54,956 nt of DNA from Clostridia bacterium (GTDB lineage Bacteria > Bacillota > Clostridia > Christensenellales > Aristaeellaceae). Made by a program: the position numbers and the translations under genes. A model generated the notes under the pieces. The model did no database searches and was not told the DNA's origin. It saw only the letters and a list, made by a program, of their open reading frames with translations. Positions 36,935 through 45,992 of the stretch are shown here, piece by piece; the stretch's first letter is position 1, and each line of letters begins with the position of its first letter. The stretch spans positions 1 through 54,956 of the forward strand of contig JAUNJB010000003.1 of the NCBI GenBank assembly GCA_030535375.1, written 5' to 3'.

Positions 36935-37861
36935 GTGTCATATTCATCGGATACGAAGGAAGAGCTGTGCCGTCTGGAGCCGGACAGCGTCTGCTGTCTG
37001 CTGGCGGAGCTTTCGGGCATCGTCTCCGCGGCGGGATCGGTGCTTTACCGGGGCGGCGGAGAAAAACGCCTCGTCATTGAAACGGAAAACAGCGCCGTCG
37101 CACGGCGGGCGTTCCGTCTGCTCAGGGACGTGTTCGACGTACAGCCCGAGCTCGTCACCCTGAAGCGGGCCAGGCTCGGCGGGCGCAGCGCGTACCGCGT
37201 GGAGGTTGGACCAGATGAAGCGCCGTTTGTTCTGGAGGGCTGCGGCATCGCGGTGGCGCAGCGGCGCGGCGTGCCGCGCGATGTCACCGTGCGCAAGTGC
37301 TGCCGGATGTCGTTCCTGCGCGGTGTGTTCCTGGCCAGCGGCTCGGTGACCGACCCGGAGAAGGAATACCACCTCGAGTTTGTGCTGGGCGATGAGGCGT
37401 TCGCCCAGGCGCTGCAAAAGCTGATTTCCCGCTTTGGCCTGAGCGCGCACATGGGCAGGCGGCGGCAGATGACGCTGGTCTATCTCAAGGGCCAAAACGA
37501 GATCACCGATATGCTCAGCATCTTCGGCGCGCAGAGCGCGCGCTTTGCGATGGAGGACGCGTATATCCGCAAGGAGCTGCGCAACAATGCCAACCGCGCG
37601 GTCAACTGTGACAGCGCGAACGTCCAGCGCGCCGTGACGGCCGCTTCCCGTCAAACACAGGCCATTGAGCGCCTGATCGCCGCCCGGGGGGAACAGAGCC
37701 TGCCGCCGGTGCTTTTGCAGACGGCGAAGCTGCGCCTTTCTTATCCGGAGGTGTCGCTGGAGGAGCTGGGCAGGCTGTGCGATCCGCCGGTGGGCAAGAG
37801 CGGTGTCAACCACAGGCTGCGCAAGCTCGAGCAGATGGCTGCCGAGATCGAAGGGATTTAG
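36935..37861 (+). CDS. whiA: DNA-binding sporulation/cell-division regulator WhiA
   Basis: SYSSDTKEELCRLEPDSVCCLLAELSGIV... is a WhiA N-terminal LAGLIDADG-like domain, and the C-terminal HTH is ...LSYPEVSLEELGRLCDPPVGKSGVNHRLRKL. GTG start with GGAGGAAAC upstream. Confidence 0.9.
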   Translation: MSYSSDTKEELCRLEPDSVCCLLAELSGIVSAAGSVLYRGGGEKRLVIETENSAVARRAFRLLRDVFDVQPELVTLKRARLGGRSAYRVEVGPDEAPFVLEGCGIAVAQRRGVPRDVTVRKCCRMSFLRGVFLASGSVTDPEKEYHLEFVLGDEAFAQALQKLISRFGLSAHMGRRRQMTLVYLKGQNEITDMLSIFGAQSARFAMEDAYIRKELRNNANRAVNCDSANVQRAVTAASRQTQAIERLIAARGEQSLPPVLLQTAKLRLSYPEVSLEELGRLCDPPVGKSGVNHRLRKLEQMAAEIEGI

Positions 37862-37882
37862 GCGGCGGGAAAGGAGAAAACC

Positions 37883-38131
37883 ATGGAACTGACTGTGAAC
37901 GCGGCGCTCAACGGCGCCATGATGTCCAGAGAGGCGGCGCAGATCGCGGGGAGGATGAGCGAATTCCAGTCGCGCGTGCTTCTGCGCCATGGCGATATGA
38001 CGGTGAATGCCAAGTCCGTGATGGGCATTTTGTCGCTGGGAATCCGCGACGGGATGCCGGTGACGATCCTGGTCAGCGGTGAGGATGAAGCGCGCGCGGC
38101 CTGCGTCCTTTCCGGGCTGCTTGGGGCTTGA
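37883..38131 (+). CDS. HPr-family protein of Crh type (Ser46 site kept, His15 replaced by Met)
   Basis: ...TVNAKSVMGILSLGI... is the HPr Ser46 region, here Ser45. The residue 31 positions upstream (the His15 equivalent) is Met14, followed by S-R (the Arg17 equivalent is kept). The gene sits directly after whiA, as crh does in B. subtilis. Confidence 0.8.
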   Translation: MELTVNAALNGAMMSREAAQIAGRMSEFQSRVLLRHGDMTVNAKSVMGILSLGIRDGMPVTILVSGEDEARAACVLSGLLGA

Positions 38132-38156
38132 CAGGCGCGGATAAATTGCTTATAAT
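38128..38156 (+). promoter_or_regulatory. consensus sigma-A promoter candidate for the proS leader
   Basis: TTGACA-17 nt-TATAAT. The -35 overlaps the stop codon of the HPr-like gene. Confidence 0.6.
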
Positions 38157-38162
38157 ATCAGC

Positions 38163-38402
38163 GATATCAGGCGATGACGGGGAATGCAGGGTATATCCGC
38201 CTATTCAGAGAGCGCGGCCTTGGCTGAAAGCCGCGCAGGAGGGATGGCCCGACGCTCCGAACCCCATCAGCCGCGGCGCCAAGAACGCCGCCGTCTGCCC
38301 GCGATAAGGGCTCAAGTCGGGGGCGGGGTGGGGCGCCCACCCCGGGGGGTACGCGTAGCAAACCGCGTCGTCCCCGTGGTGGGTCGGGGGGTTTTTGTTT
38401 TT
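38163..38402 (+). promoter_or_regulatory. T-box leader (putative proline specifier CCC) upstream of proS
   Basis: GATGA (GA/K-turn motif), CAGAGAGCGCGGCCTTGGCTGAAAGCCGCGC (AGAGA box and distal stem-loop), GAACCCCA (CCC in a specifier-like context), a G-rich GGGTGG...GGTACGCG T-box-like segment, then CCCCG-8 nt-CGGGG followed by GTTTTTGTTTTT. Confidence 0.65.
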
Positions 38403-38432
38403 CAAGTGCGCCGAAAAGAGAGGAAGAGGAAA

Positions 38433-39875
38433 ATGGCCAAGAAAAACCAGCAGGAATTTGTTCAGCACATCACCCCCCGCGGTGAGGATTTCTCCCAGTG
38501 GTATACCGATGTGGTGAGGCTCGCCGATCTGATGGATTACACCCCTGTGCGCGGCTGCATGGCGATCAAGCCCTACGGCTACGGCATCTGGGAGCTGATC
38601 CAGCAGCAGATGGACGCGGAGTTCAAGCGCACGGGGCACCAGAATGTGTCCATGCCGATGCTCATTCCCGAGAGCCTCCTGCTCAAGGAGGCCGATCATG
38701 TCGAGGGCTTTGCGCCCGAGGTCGCCTGGGTGACCCAGGGCGGCACGGAGCCGCTCCAGGAGCGCCTGGCCATCCGCCCGACGAGCGAGACCATCTTCTG
38801 CACGATGTACGCCAAATGGGTGCAGAGCTGGCGTGATCTGCCGCTCAAGTACAACCAGTGGTGCTCCGTGATGCGCTGGGAGAAGACGACCCGTCCGTTC
38901 CTGCGCACGGCCGAGTTCCTCTGGCAGGAGGGACATACCATCCACGCCACCGCCGAGGAGGCGCAGGAAGAGACGATGCAGATGCTGTACGTCTATCGCG
39001 ATTTCTGCGAGAACGTGCTGGCGATTCCGGTCTACTGCGGCCAGAAGAGCGACAAGGAGAAATTCGCCGGCGCGCGCGCCACGTACTCCGTCGAGGCGAT
39101 GATGCAGGATGGCAAGGCGCTGCAAAGCGGTACCAGCCACAACTTTGGTACGAACTTCTCCGAGCCGTTTGAAATCAAATTCCTCGATAAGGACGGCACG
39201 CAGAAATATGCCCACGAGACGAGCTGGGGCGTGAGCACCCGCCTGATCGGTGCGATCATCATGACCCATGGCGATGAGCGCGGCCTCAAGCTGCCGCCGA
39301 AAATCGCGCCGGTTCAGGTGGTCGTCGTGCCGGTGGCCGCCCACAAGGAGGGCGTGCTGGAGGGCGCCAAGGCCGTGGCCGACAAGCTGGCCGCCGCGGG
39401 CCTGCGCGTCAGGTTTGACGACCGAGACAACGTCACCCCGGGCTGGAAATTCAACGAATGGGAGCTCAAGGGCGTGCCGGTGCGCGTGGAGGTTGGCCCG
39501 CGCGATCTGGCCGAGGGCAAGGTGATGAGCGTGCGCCGCGATACCTTCGAGAAGGCGCCGCTGGATATCGAGGGCCTCGAAGCGAAAATCGTCGAGATGC
39601 TTGCCGCCGTGCAGCAGAATATGTTTGATACGGCGAAGAGCTTCCGCGACGCGCATACCGCCGACGTGCACAATATGGAGGAGCTCGGCGAGCAGGTGAA
39701 CGGCGGCTATGCCAAGGCCATGTGGTGCGGCGAGCAGGCGTGCGAGGATGAGATCAAGGATCGCTTCAGCGCGTCTTCCCGCTGCATGCCGTTTGATCAG
39801 ACGCCCATCGGAGAGACCTGTGTGTGCTGCGGCAAGCCGGCCAAGAAGGTCATCTACTTCGCAAAAGCGTATTGA
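38433..39875 (+). CDS. proS: proline--tRNA ligase (archaeal/eukaryotic-like class II type, ~480 aa)
   Basis: MAKKNQQEFVQHITPRGEDFSQWYTDVVRLADLMDYTPVRGCMAIKPYGYGIWE...RPTSETI...FLRTAEFLWQEGH..., with a C-terminal Zn-binding tail ...CVCCGKPAKKVIYFAKAY. The ATG at 38433 has GAGGAAGAGG upstream. Confidence 0.9.
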   Translation: MAKKNQQEFVQHITPRGEDFSQWYTDVVRLADLMDYTPVRGCMAIKPYGYGIWELIQQQMDAEFKRTGHQNVSMPMLIPESLLLKEADHVEGFAPEVAWVTQGGTEPLQERLAIRPTSETIFCTMYAKWVQSWRDLPLKYNQWCSVMRWEKTTRPFLRTAEFLWQEGHTIHATAEEAQEETMQMLYVYRDFCENVLAIPVYCGQKSDKEKFAGARATYSVEAMMQDGKALQSGTSHNFGTNFSEPFEIKFLDKDGTQKYAHETSWGVSTRLIGAIIMTHGDERGLKLPPKIAPVQVVVVPVAAHKEGVLEGAKAVADKLAAAGLRVRFDDRDNVTPGWKFNEWELKGVPVRVEVGPRDLAEGKVMSVRRDTFEKAPLDIEGLEAKIVEMLAAVQQNMFDTAKSFRDAHTADVHNMEELGEQVNGGYAKAMWCGEQACEDEIKDRFSASSRCMPFDQTPIGETCVCCGKPAKKVIYFAKAY

Positions 39876-39880
39876 GATCG

Positions 39881-39920
39881 GGCAGCCCTGTGCCGCAAGG
39901 CGCGGGGCTGCGTTCTTGTA
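39881..39920 (+). terminator. terminator-like hairpin downstream of proS
   Basis: GCAGCCC-15 nt-GGGCTGC followed by GTTCTTGT. Confidence 0.45.
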
Positions 39921-39944
39921 AATCCCGGTACGGGCTCCGCCGGG

Positions 39945-42164
39945 ATGAAGATGAGGAGAATACAGGGTGACACGATGAGAAAAAGAAAAGTGGAGGCGCT
40001 TTTGCTTCTGGCAGCTGTGCTGGCGATTGCGTTGATTTGGGCAAGTGGAATAGGGATGATCCATGTCAACTGGCCGCGTGCGGGAGAAGGCACGGTGATG
40101 ACAGAAAAGGGGTTCCGGGACAACAAAAAGAGCTTTTATATCGATGGCGGCGACGAATATGGCGTCGTTTATGATGGGCCTGGGTTTACACTGCCGGCGG
40201 GTGTGTACCGGCTGAAATGGACGATTGAGACCGACGCAGACAACCTGTTTCGCATTGTGAGCAGCAACGGGGCGAGCATTGAGCCGAGTGAGATTGCAAT
40301 TCCGGCGAATACGTGGACCAGCTATGCGGAGTTTGAGCTGAAGGAAGATGCGGATGATTTGCAGATACTCGTCGACTTTGAGGCGGGAAGCAAGTTACAG
40401 ATTCAGCAATTGGAACTGCGAAGCTGCGCATTTGCGGATCAAGCGTGGAATTTGACATTTTTTGTTGTGGCGCTGTATCTGCTTTATGTCGCGTATTCGC
40501 GCGGCCAGCTGACGGAGGAAAGGCGAAGCGCGTTGTTCGTGCTGGGCGTGACAGTCGTGATTGCATCCATCCCAGCCCTGAAGGATAATTTGTATTTGGG
40601 GCATGATGCTCAGTTCAATTTGGCGCGTTTTAAAAATCTGGCAGACGGACTGACGAAGGGGCAAATTCCCGTTCGTGCGGGAGGCTATTCTTATGAGGGA
40701 TACGGCGCGATTACCTCTGCGTTTTATCCCGATATATTTCTGTATATTCCGGCTCTGATAATGCTGTCCGGCGCCTCTATCCAATACGCAGTGCATGTTT
40801 TGTGGATTGCTCTGCACATTTTTACGGCGGTTTCCATGTATGTTTGTGGAAAGAGAATCTTTGATGATGCGTCGGGCGGGCTTTGCGCTGCCGTGCTGTA
40901 CACATTGGCGGCATACCGTTTATCGGATGTGTATACGCGCTTTGCGATCGGAGAAGCCCTTGCCATGGCATTTATTCCTCTCTTTTTTCTGGGCCTGTGG
41001 GAAATTGCGTTTGGAGACAGGGAGCGCTGGATTGTGCTGGTGATTGGCGCGACCGGCGTATTCCAGAGCCATTTGCTGGCCACGGTGATTTGTGCGCTCG
41101 CTGCGGTTTGCTTTTATCTGCCGCTCGTGGGGAAAATTGTGCGTGAGCGCAGATTGACGTCCTTGGGAAAGGCTGTCGTGTCGACGGTGCTGGTAAACCT
41201 GTTCTTTCTCGTTCCGTTTGTGATGTACAGCAGGCAGGGAATCGGTGCGGATTCCATTCTGAGCCTCAATTCGATGAATGCATTTGCGCCGGCACAGCTG
41301 TTCCTCCTGGGGCGGGGACAGCTCGATGCGGCTGTGACGGATGGAAGAATGGCGATGTTCTCCTTGGAAATTGGATACCCGCTGATCGTTGGCGCCGTGA
41401 TCGGCGTGAAGGAAGCATTGGGCGGCAAGGGCATGAAGGAAAAGTTTGTGCTCCTTCTGGGCGCGATGGGAGCCATATTTGCGTTTATGACAACGGAACT
41501 GTTTCCGTGGGATTTTGTGGCGGCTGTGACACATACGTGGAGCAACTTTTTGCAGTTTCCCTGGCGGATGCTGATGATTGTTGATGCCGTGCTGGCGCTT
41601 GCCGCAGGTTTTGGCTATGCCCGTGTATTTGGAGGAAAGAAGGATTTGGCAGCTGTGCTTGTGCTCATGATCGCGGGCTTTGCCGTGCTGCCGCAGTTGT
41701 CCAGCGTAGCGGCAAGCAAGGGCTGCCTGGCGTACGGAGAGACGATCACATCAAAGCTGATGCACAGAGAATATACCCTTCCCGAAACAGATGTGCGGCA
41801 GACATCCGACCGCGGCATTCTGAGTACAGGTGATGTTTTGGTGCAGGATTATCAAAAGGATGGGACAACTATTACAGCAAATGTCAGCGCACAGACGGAC
41901 GCTTCGATTTCTTTCCCGCTTTTCGGGTTTGACGGATATAAAGCGACATTGGATGGAATGGAAATCCCGTGGACGCTCGGTGAAAACAACAGGCTGACGG
42001 TATCGCTTGCCCCGGATGAGGGTGGCGAACTGCGCGTATGGTTTGCGGGCAGAACGATTTGGCGCGTAGCGGACGGTGTATCCCTGGCGGCGATTGTGGT
42101 GCTGGCGCTGATCACACTGTGCGGCCGCAGAGGTGAAGTCGTTCGACGGAAGAAAAATGAATAA
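39945..42164 (+). CDS. large polytopic membrane protein, GT-C-fold/PTPS-related-like (possible glycosyltransferase)
   Basis: N-terminal anchor, a ~130-aa extracytoplasmic beta-type module (...YRLKWTIETDADNLFRIV...), then about 12 TM segments with ...HDAQFNLARFKNLADGLTKGQIPVRAGGYSYEGYGAITSAFYPDIFLY..., and a soluble C-terminal domain. G+C is visibly lower than in the neighbours. The start is ambiguous (39945, 39951 or 39975). Confidence 0.7.
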   Translation: MKMRRIQGDTMRKRKVEALLLLAAVLAIALIWASGIGMIHVNWPRAGEGTVMTEKGFRDNKKSFYIDGGDEYGVVYDGPGFTLPAGVYRLKWTIETDADNLFRIVSSNGASIEPSEIAIPANTWTSYAEFELKEDADDLQILVDFEAGSKLQIQQLELRSCAFADQAWNLTFFVVALYLLYVAYSRGQLTEERRSALFVLGVTVVIASIPALKDNLYLGHDAQFNLARFKNLADGLTKGQIPVRAGGYSYEGYGAITSAFYPDIFLYIPALIMLSGASIQYAVHVLWIALHIFTAVSMYVCGKRIFDDASGGLCAAVLYTLAAYRLSDVYTRFAIGEALAMAFIPLFFLGLWEIAFGDRERWIVLVIGATGVFQSHLLATVICALAAVCFYLPLVGKIVRERRLTSLGKAVVSTVLVNLFFLVPFVMYSRQGIGADSILSLNSMNAFAPAQLFLLGRGQLDAAVTDGRMAMFSLEIGYPLIVGAVIGVKEALGGKGMKEKFVLLLGAMGAIFAFMTTELFPWDFVAAVTHTWSNFLQFPWRMLMIVDAVLALAAGFGYARVFGGKKDLAAVLVLMIAGFAVLPQLSSVAASKGCLAYGETITSKLMHREYTLPETDVRQTSDRGILSTGDVLVQDYQKDGTTITANVSAQTDASISFPLFGFDGYKATLDGMEIPWTLGENNRLTVSLAPDEGGELRVWFAGRTIWRVADGVSLAAIVVLALITLCGRRGEVVRRKKNE

Positions 42165-42218
42165 TGAAAAATATTCATCTTAAACGATAAAAAAGTTCAT
42201 CTGTGCCGTAAAAACGAC

Positions 42219-42247
42219 TTGACAGCCTCCTTGATGCGTGATAAGAT
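42219..42247 (+). promoter_or_regulatory. sigma-A-type promoter candidate for the ilv leader
   Basis: TTGACA-17 nt-TAAGAT. Confidence 0.55.
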
Positions 42248-42254
42248 AAGTGCA

Positions 42255-42530
42255 ATATCCGGCAATGAAGAGGAAGTGTCCGCGGGAAAGCGCGAAGCGA
42301 GGGAGCGACGGTGCAAGGCTCCTGCGTGGAATCGCGGATTGTGTCGCCTCAGAGCCGCAGGCTGAACATCCGATGAGGGATTAAGTAGGTCTGCCGGAGT
42401 CCCACCGATACAGGGGAAAGGGCATAACGGCTTGGCCGCGGCGTGCCCGGTGAGCGTGCGCAGGCACGGAATTTAGGTGGTACCGCGAAGCAGCCTTTCG
42501 CCCTAAACGAGGGAGGAAGGCTGCTTTTTA
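42255..42530 (+). promoter_or_regulatory. T-box leader upstream of ilvBNCD
   Basis: AATGAAGAGGAAGT (GA motif), GAGGGAGCGACGGTGCAAGGCTCC (AG box/distal loop), a canonical T-box sequence AATTTAGGTGGTACCGCG (42470..42487), and the terminator AAGCAGCCTT-19 nt-AAGGCTGCTT-TTT (42488..42529). Confidence 0.85.
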
Positions 42531-42553
42531 GGACTTTCAAGGAGAGAAGAACG

Positions 42554-44263
42554 ATGAAACTCAACGGAGCGGCTATCCTGATCGAGTGTTTGATCGAACA
42601 GGGCGTGGGCACCGTCTTCGGCTTTCCCGGGGGCGCCGTGCTGCCGATTTACGACGAGCTGTACAAGCGTCAGGATCGGATCAATCACGTTTTGACCGCG
42701 CATGAACAGCATGCCGGCCATGCGGCGGACGGTTATGCCCGTGCCAGCGGAAAGACGGGCGTGTGCATTGCCACCAGCGGCCCCGGCGCGACCAATTTGG
42801 TCACGCCGATCGCGACCGCGTATATGGACTCCACGCCGGTGGTTTTCATCACCGGCAACGTGCCTCAGAGCCTGATGGGCACGGATTCTTTCCAGGAAGC
42901 GGATATCTCCGGCATGACGATGCCGGTGACCAAGCACAATTATCTGGTGACCAGCGTGGAAAAGCTGGCGCAGATCATCCGCGAGGCGTTCTATATCGCC
43001 TCGAATGGACGGCCCGGCCCCGTGCTGATCGACATCCCCAAGGACGTGCAGATCGCCGAGACGGAATATGAGCCTGTCAGCGGCGAGGCGCTGATCCCGC
43101 GCCTGTCCATGAAGCATCCGACCGCGCAGCTGCGGCCGGAGGGCGAGGCGCTTGAGCGCTATAAGACCAAGGCGGAGCCGAGGCTTGAGCAGGCGGCGCA
43201 GCTGATCGCGGAGGCTCACCGGCCGTTGATCTACTGCGGCGGCGGCGTGACGCTCTCCGGCGCGCAGAGCGAGCTGATCGCCCTGGCCGAGCGCGCGGAT
43301 GCACCGGTCGTCTCCTCGCTGATGGGCCTCGGCGCCGTCCCCGCGACGAACGACAGGATGCTGGGCATGCTGGGCATGCATGGCACGCACGCGGCCAACA
43401 TCGCCATGCAGCGCTGCGACCTGCTTATCGCCGTGGGTGTGCGCTTCTCCGATCGCGCGCTGGGCAACGCGGCGGCATTCGCGCCGAACGCAAAGGTGCT
43501 GCACATCGACATTGACCGCGCGGAGATCAACAAGAATGTCTCCACCACGCTGCATATCACAGGAGACGCGCGGGTGGTGCTGGAGCTGCTGCTCGCCCGC
43601 GTTAGCCAGAAGCATCACGGCCAGTGGATGCAGCAGGCGCGCAGCATGATGGAGGACTACCTGAGCGACGAGCTCTTTGAGCCGCGCAAGATTTTGAGGG
43701 CCATGGCCAGCCTGGCCCCGCAGATGACGGTGGCGACGGATGTGGGCCAGCATCAGATGTGGACGGCGCAGCATTTCCCGTTCCTGCTTCCGCGCCAGCT
43801 GATCACCAGCGGCGGCCTGGGCACGATGGGCTTTGGCTTGGGCGCGGCGATGGGCGCGGCGGCGAGCGATCCGCAGGGCAGGCCCGTGGCGCTGATCACG
43901 GGCGACGGCTCCTTCCGCATGAATCTGACGGAGCTTTCCACCATCGCGTATTACAACATCCCGGTGATCGTGGTCATCTTTAACAATGGCACGCTGGGCA
44001 TGGTCAGGCAGTGGCAGACGCTGTTCTTCGGCCACCGCTACAGCCAGACGACGCTCGACCGGGGGCCGGATTTTGTGAAGCTGGCCGAGGCCTACGGCCT
44101 GTCCGGCACGCGCGTGAACACCATGGAGGCGTTCACGCAGGCCTTCGGGAAGGCGTATGCCGAGGGCAGGCCGTGCATCATCGAGTGCATGCTGGATATC
44201 GACGAGATGGTCGCGCCGATGGTGGCGCCCGGTTCGCCGATCGACTCCTTCTGCCTGAACTGA
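42554..44263 (+). CDS. ilvB: acetolactate synthase, large (catalytic) subunit
   Basis: MKLNGAAILIECLIEQGVGTVFGFPGGAVLPIYDEL..., and the ThDP motif ...GGLGTMGFGLGAAMGA...ITGDGSFRMN.... The ATG at 42554 has AAGGAGAG upstream. Confidence 0.9.
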   Translation: MKLNGAAILIECLIEQGVGTVFGFPGGAVLPIYDELYKRQDRINHVLTAHEQHAGHAADGYARASGKTGVCIATSGPGATNLVTPIATAYMDSTPVVFITGNVPQSLMGTDSFQEADISGMTMPVTKHNYLVTSVEKLAQIIREAFYIASNGRPGPVLIDIPKDVQIAETEYEPVSGEALIPRLSMKHPTAQLRPEGEALERYKTKAEPRLEQAAQLIAEAHRPLIYCGGGVTLSGAQSELIALAERADAPVVSSLMGLGAVPATNDRMLGMLGMHGTHAANIAMQRCDLLIAVGVRFSDRALGNAAAFAPNAKVLHIDIDRAEINKNVSTTLHITGDARVVLELLLARVSQKHHGQWMQQARSMMEDYLSDELFEPRKILRAMASLAPQMTVATDVGQHQMWTAQHFPFLLPRQLITSGGLGTMGFGLGAAMGAAASDPQGRPVALITGDGSFRMNLTELSTIAYYNIPVIVVIFNNGTLGMVRQWQTLFFGHRYSQTTLDRGPDFVKLAEAYGLSGTRVNTMEAFTQAFGKAYAEGRPCIIECMLDIDEMVAPMVAPGSPIDSFCLN

Positions 44264-44276
44264 CGGAGGTGAGAGA

Positions 44277-44804
44277 ATGTACATCCATCCCGACAATTTG
44301 CAGCGCTACACCGTGGGCGTATTGGTGGACAATGAACCGGGCGTGCTCTCGCGCGTTTCCGGCCTGTTCTCCCGGCGCGGGTTCAATATCGAGAGCCTGG
44401 CCGTCGGCCCGACGCAGGACAGGGAGGTCTCCCGCATCACCATCGTCGTCCTGGGTGACGACGCGCATATCGAGCAGCTCGTCCAGCAGCTCTACAAGCT
44501 CATCTGCGTGCAGAAGGTGCAGGTGATGCAGCAGCGAAACGCCGTGGAGCGCCAGCTGCTGCTGGTCAAGGTCAAGGCGGGCATCGCCGAGCGCGAAGGG
44601 CTTATGCGCCTGGTGGATATCTTCAAGGCCAAGGTGCTCGATGTCACCAAGTCCTCGATGGTTTTGCAGATCACCGGCGACAATGACAAGATCGCGGCGC
44701 TGATGAAGCTGCTGGAGGACTACGGTATTCTGGAGCTTGTGCGCACCGGCGTGGTTGCCCTTGAGCGCGGCGAGAACGTGATGAGCTCCGATATCTTTGA
44801 CTGA
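44277..44804 (+). CDS. ilvN: acetolactate synthase, small (regulatory) subunit
   Basis: ...YTVGVLVDNEPGVLSRVSGLFSRRGFNIESLAVGPTQD... ACT domain. RBS GGAGGTGAG. Confidence 0.9.
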   Translation: MYIHPDNLQRYTVGVLVDNEPGVLSRVSGLFSRRGFNIESLAVGPTQDREVSRITIVVLGDDAHIEQLVQQLYKLICVQKVQVMQQRNAVERQLLLVKVKAGIAEREGLMRLVDIFKAKVLDVTKSSMVLQITGDNDKIAALMKLLEDYGILELVRTGVVALERGENVMSSDIFD

Positions 44805-44904
44805 GGCCGCATGGGCGCTTGATGACAGGGTATGTACCGAATTGATTCGGACACATAGATGACAATCATGCGATTATCGCACGACAAAGTAGGAGGAAAC
44901 CAAA

Positions 44905-45906
44905 ATGGCACAGATGTTTTACGCACAGGACTGCAACCTCGAGTACCTGAATGGGAAGAAGATCGCCATCGTGGGTTACGGCTCTCAGGGCCATGCGCAC
45001 GCGCTCAACCTGAAGGACTCCGGCTGCGACGTCATCGTCGCGCTCTACGAGGGCTCCAAGAGCTGGAAGAAGGCGGAGGACGCCGGTCTCACCGTCATGA
45101 CCACCGCCGAGGCCGCCAAGGTCGCCGACATGATCATGATCCTCATCAACGATGAGAAGCAGGCCGCCATGTATGAAAAGGATATCGCGCCGTACCTGCG
45201 CCCGGGCATGATCCTCGCGTTTGCGCACGGCTTCAATATCCACTTCGGCTGCATCAAGCCCCCGAAGGATGTCGATGTCGTCATGATCGCGCCCAAGGGC
45301 CCGGGCCACACCGTCCGCAGCCAGTATCTGGAGGGCAAGGGCGTGCCGGATCTGATCGCCGTGTATCAGGATGCTTCCGGCAAGGCGCAGGATTATGCGC
45401 TGGCTTATGCCGCGGGCATCGGCGGCGCGCGTGCCGGCATCCTCAAGACGACCTTCCGCGAGGAGACCGAAACCGACCTCTTCGGCGAGCAGTGCGTTCT
45501 GTGCGGCGGCGTGACCGCCCTGATGAAGGCCGGCTTTGATACGCTGGTCGAGGCGGGCTATCAGCCGGAGAATGCCTACTTCGAGTGCATCCATGAGATG
45601 AAGCTCATCGTCGACCTCATCTTCGCGCACGGCTTTGCCGGCATGCGCTACTCCATCTCCAATACCGCCGAATACGGCGATTACGAGATCGGCAACCGCC
45701 TGATCACCGAGGAGACCAAGAAGGAAATGAAGAAGGTGCTCACCGAGATCCAGGACGGCACGTTCGCGCGCAACTGGCTGCTGGAGAATCAGGCAGGCTG
45801 CCCGCACTTCCTGGCCAAGCGCCGCATCGAGGCCGGCAGCCAGCTGGAGGAGGTCGGCAAGGACCTGCGCAGCAAGATGAGCTGGAGCGGCAAGGTCGAG
45901 CTGTGA
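44905..45906 (+). CDS. ilvC: ketol-acid reductoisomerase (class I)
   Basis: ...[23 protein letters not shown]...GFNIHF...[17 protein letters not shown].... Confidence 0.95.
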   Translation: MAQMFYAQDCNLEYLNGKKIAIVGYGSQGHAHALNLKDSGCDVIVALYEGSKSWKKAEDAGLTVMTTAEAAKVADMIMILINDEKQAAMYEKDIAPYLRPGMILAFAHGFNIHFGCIKPPKDVDVVMIAPKGPGHTVRSQYLEGKGVPDLIAVYQDASGKAQDYALAYAAGIGGARAGILKTTFREETETDLFGEQCVLCGGVTALMKAGFDTLVEAGYQPENAYFECIHEMKLIVDLIFAHGFAGMRYSISNTAEYGDYEIGNRLITEETKKEMKKVLTEIQDGTFARNWLLENQAGCPHFLAKRRIEAGSQLEEVGKDLRSKMSWSGKVEL

Positions 45907-45992
45907 TGCTGCGCTGACCGTGGTTTTCCTCCCCTCGCGGGGAGGAAAGCCCTTATCACTTCCCATCACTCATTTTGAAGGAGAAAAATCAA

